A stretch of 64,000 nt of DNA from Desulfosoma sp. GTDB lineage: Bacteria > Desulfobacterota > Syntrophobacteria > Syntrophobacterales > DSM-9756. How positions within the stretch are numbered: position 1 is the stretch's first letter; each line of letters starts with the position of its first letter. Below are positions 61,660 through 64,000 of this stretch, in pieces. Made by a program: the position numbers and the translations under genes. A model generated the notes under the pieces. It was not told where the DNA came from, searched no databases, and worked only from the letters and a program-made list of their open reading frames with translations. The stretch covers positions 83,786 to 147,785 of the forward strand of contig JBBFKW010000009.1 of assembly GCA_037481835.1 (NCBI GenBank), read 5' to 3'.

Positions 61660-62988
61660 TCATCTGGGATTCACCGGGACCTCTTCGGACAGGGCCTCTT
61701 TGGGGACGAATCGCAACCGCCCGCCGGGATCGTTGACCCATCCGACGCGGCCGTCCCGAAAAAGCACATCGGAAAAATCATAGAACCACAGGTTGCCGCG
61801 CACACTGGTTGGAGTCCCCTGGACCGCCAGGACTTCGTCGGCCGATGAGCCGATGGTAAAGAAGGACGGGGTCCTCCCTCCCGTCTTTTCCAGATATTCC
61901 CGGGACGGCTCAAGCCGAACTTTCAGGTTACCGAAAGAATTGTCGAAGGACACCACGCGGTCTTCGGAAAACCGCACGGACCCGAACCCGTAGTGCCACA
62001 CCGACCCGCGAACGCTCGTCGGCGTTCCCTGAACACGCAAGACTTCGTCCTTGGAGGATCCCAAGGTGAAAAAATCGGCGCCCGAACCCGGGTGGGACCC
62101 CTCGGCCGACGGGAGGAGCGAGACGCGGAGTCGCCCGTCGAAATTGTCATAGCCCGACACCCGGCCGTCCTTGAAGCGCACCTCGGAAAGGCCGTAGGCC
62201 CATCGGCCGCCCCCGGCTTTATCCGGCGGGCCTTGAATGCCAAGGACATCCTTTTCCGAACTGCCCAAGGTGAAGGTCCCGCTCTTGCCGGCGGGTCCGG
62301 CCGGAGCCTCCCCGGGGGTTTGCCCACCGCGCCGTTCTTGGCCGGGAATCGCTCGGGGCGAAGACAGAGCCTCTTCCACCCGTGCCAAAAGATCCGAGCC
62401 CGAAGAGGCCTGGCTCCCGTTGGGGACCGAAACCGCCGGGGCCGCCGGAACCGTCTTCAAAGGAACATCCTTCGAATGGCGCTCATGAACCCAATAGCCC
62501 CAAAGGGCGGCCAAAAGGAGCACGGCCGCTGCAGCCGCCCTTTTCCCGGAGCCGAGCGATTTCACGAGCCGGGCGCTTGCCTCGAACCAGCGTTTTTCCC
62601 ACGGCGAAGCCGCTTCACCGGTTTTGTCGGAACCCGGGCGAGAAAAGGGCTCCTTTTCCCGGGAAGGGCTCCGTGCACCATTGGGTGCCGGCCTCCCGGT
62701 CGCTTTTTTATCCGGTGCGGCCTCCCTTTCCGAAAAACCGCCCGGGCTGAGGCTTGCCAGAATGCGCCTGTAGGCATCCTGAAGGTCCTTGAACTTTTCT
62801 TCCGCCCGAGCTCGCTCCCAATCCGAGACGCCCGCGTAGCGGTCGGGATGCCATCGCTTGGCCGATTCCCGGTAGGCCCGCTTCACCTCCTGCAGAGAAG
62901 CCCCGGGGTGGAGGCCCAAAAGGCGGTAGTCGTCGGCGGTGGGGTGATCCGAGCCCGTCATGAACATGCGTCCGTTTTTCGTCGGCAT
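61660..62988 (-). CDS. J-domain membrane protein with three C-terminal BamE/SmpA-like repeats
   Basis: WHPDRY J domain, single TM (AAAAVLLLAALWGYW), 3x FT(L/I)GSS.....QG.P......W.Y; start uncertain. Confidence 0.8.
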   Translation of the reverse strand: MPTKNGRMFMTGSDHPTADDYRLLGLHPGASLQEVKRAYRESAKRWHPDRYAGVSDWERARAEEKFKDLQDAYRRILASLSPGGFSEREAAPDKKATGRPAPNGARSPSREKEPFSRPGSDKTGEAASPWEKRWFEASARLVKSLGSGKRAAAAAVLLLAALWGYWVHERHSKDVPLKTVPAAPAVSVPNGSQASSGSDLLARVEEALSSPRAIPGQERRGGQTPGEAPAGPAGKSGTFTLGSSEKDVLGIQGPPDKAGGGRWAYGLSEVRFKDGRVSGYDNFDGRLRVSLLPSAEGSHPGSGADFFTLGSSKDEVLRVQGTPTSVRGSVWHYGFGSVRFSEDRVVSFDNSFGNLKVRLEPSREYLEKTGGRTPSFFTIGSSADEVLAVQGTPTSVRGNLWFYDFSDVLFRDGRVGWVNDPGGRLRFVPKEALSEEVPVNPR

Positions 62989-63121
62989 TCGGGATGGAAA
63001 TCATCGACGCGAAAAAGAATAGCTTTTCCGGTTTTTTGCTTCAAGACTTTCCGGGACATTTCCGATAACCTAAGAGAAGAGCCATGAGGCCCCAGGGAGC
63101 CTTTTGTAAGGAGAACGATTC

Positions 63122-63988
63122 ATGGATCATGCACAGAGCGCTCAGGCCAAGCCGGTGGACGAAATTCTTCGCGTGGCGGAAAAACTCCCGCCATTTCCCG
63201 ACGTGGTGCAAAAAGTCATGCCCTTGCTGCAACGCATGGCCCCCGTGGAAGAAATCGAAGGGGTCATCCGCTACGACCAGGTCATCGCCGCCAAGGTCCT
63301 GGCCCTGGCCCGTTCGCCCCACTATGCGCGAAGCCAACCCGCCCGGTCCCTCAAAGAGGCCATCATTTCCCTGGGCCAGAGGGCCCTGGTGGAGGTGATC
63401 CTGGCGGCCTGTTCGGCACGCTTCCAGGACAATGCCGTGCAGGGCTACGACCTGAGGGAAGGGGAACTGTGGGAACACGCCGTGGGCACGGCCATCATGG
63501 CCGACCGCATCGCTGAGAGGATCGGGAGCCCCGAGCGGCTGACCACCTACACGGCGGGGTTGCTCCATGATATCGGCAAAACCGTCCTCAACCACTATGT
63601 GGACCACTACCTGGACCGCATCATCGAAGCCGTCAAGACGCGAAAACAATCTTTTCTGGATGCGGAGCGGGACATCCTGGGGATCGACCACCAGGAACTG
63701 GGCGGGCTCATCGCCACACGATGGAACTTTCCTGCCGGCGTGGTTTCCGGCATCGCCCATCATCACAGCCCCGAGGACGCCGACGGAAATCGGCAGGTGG
63801 CCGCCGTCGTCTATGCCGCCAACCGCATGGTGGCCGCCATGGGCATCGGTGCCGGCGTGGACGGCTTTCTCAACCCCAACCAGGACCACGTCTTCGAAAC
63901 CCTCGGGCTGGACGGCCGCGCCATCGAACGCCTCATGGCCGACGTCTTCATCGCCCTGGACGAAACCAAGAAATTCCTGGCCGGTTGA
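63122..63988 (+). CDS. HDOD domain protein
   Basis: LPPFP, LWEHAV, AGLLHDIGK, IDHQELG, W.FP...HHH. Confidence 0.92.
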   Translation: MDHAQSAQAKPVDEILRVAEKLPPFPDVVQKVMPLLQRMAPVEEIEGVIRYDQVIAAKVLALARSPHYARSQPARSLKEAIISLGQRALVEVILAACSARFQDNAVQGYDLREGELWEHAVGTAIMADRIAERIGSPERLTTYTAGLLHDIGKTVLNHYVDHYLDRIIEAVKTRKQSFLDAERDILGIDHQELGGLIATRWNFPAGVVSGIAHHHSPEDADGNRQVAAVVYAANRMVAAMGIGAGVDGFLNPNQDHVFETLGLDGRAIERLMADVFIALDETKKFLAG

Positions 63989-64000
63989 GCCAAACCGCGA

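Overview
A GC-rich, gene-dense chromosomal segment with about 60 CDS. I found no rRNA, tRNA, CRISPR array or transposase. Gene content (Ni-CODH, W-type AOR, YedF, sigma54 systems, HDOD and PilZ proteins) fits an anaerobic deltaproteobacterium (Thermodesulfobacteriota, possibly Syntrophobacteraceae-like); this is an inference. Housekeeping genes include priA-def-fmt-DUF116-rsmB-rpe, hup, ligA, tilS and purC. Accessory modules: (1) a tightly coupled five-gene operon cooS-cooF-fdhF-hycB-like-hycF-like with no hydrogenase, flavoprotein or ACS gene, which looks like a natural CO:formate oxidoreductase and is the best candidate for a novel system; (2) a sigma54-controlled cluster of a cytoplasmic PhsA/PsrA-like molybdoenzyme, FeS proteins and an NADP-type GltD-like flavoprotein, divergent from a TauE/SafE transporter; (3) an atypical diadenylate-cyclase-domain gene upstream of a TIM-barrel isomerase, a CDP-alcohol phosphotransferase and a HIGH-family nucleotidyltransferase; (4) an IclR-BKACE-Liv ABC catabolic unit next to aor, thiolase and hbd; (5) purC with ParB-like, SPL-like radical SAM and thioredoxin-like genes; (6) a heptad-repeat coiled-coil PD-(D/E)xK-like protein; and scattered GTAG-type REP-like palindromes. 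All calls come from motif recognition by eye; no database searches were run.
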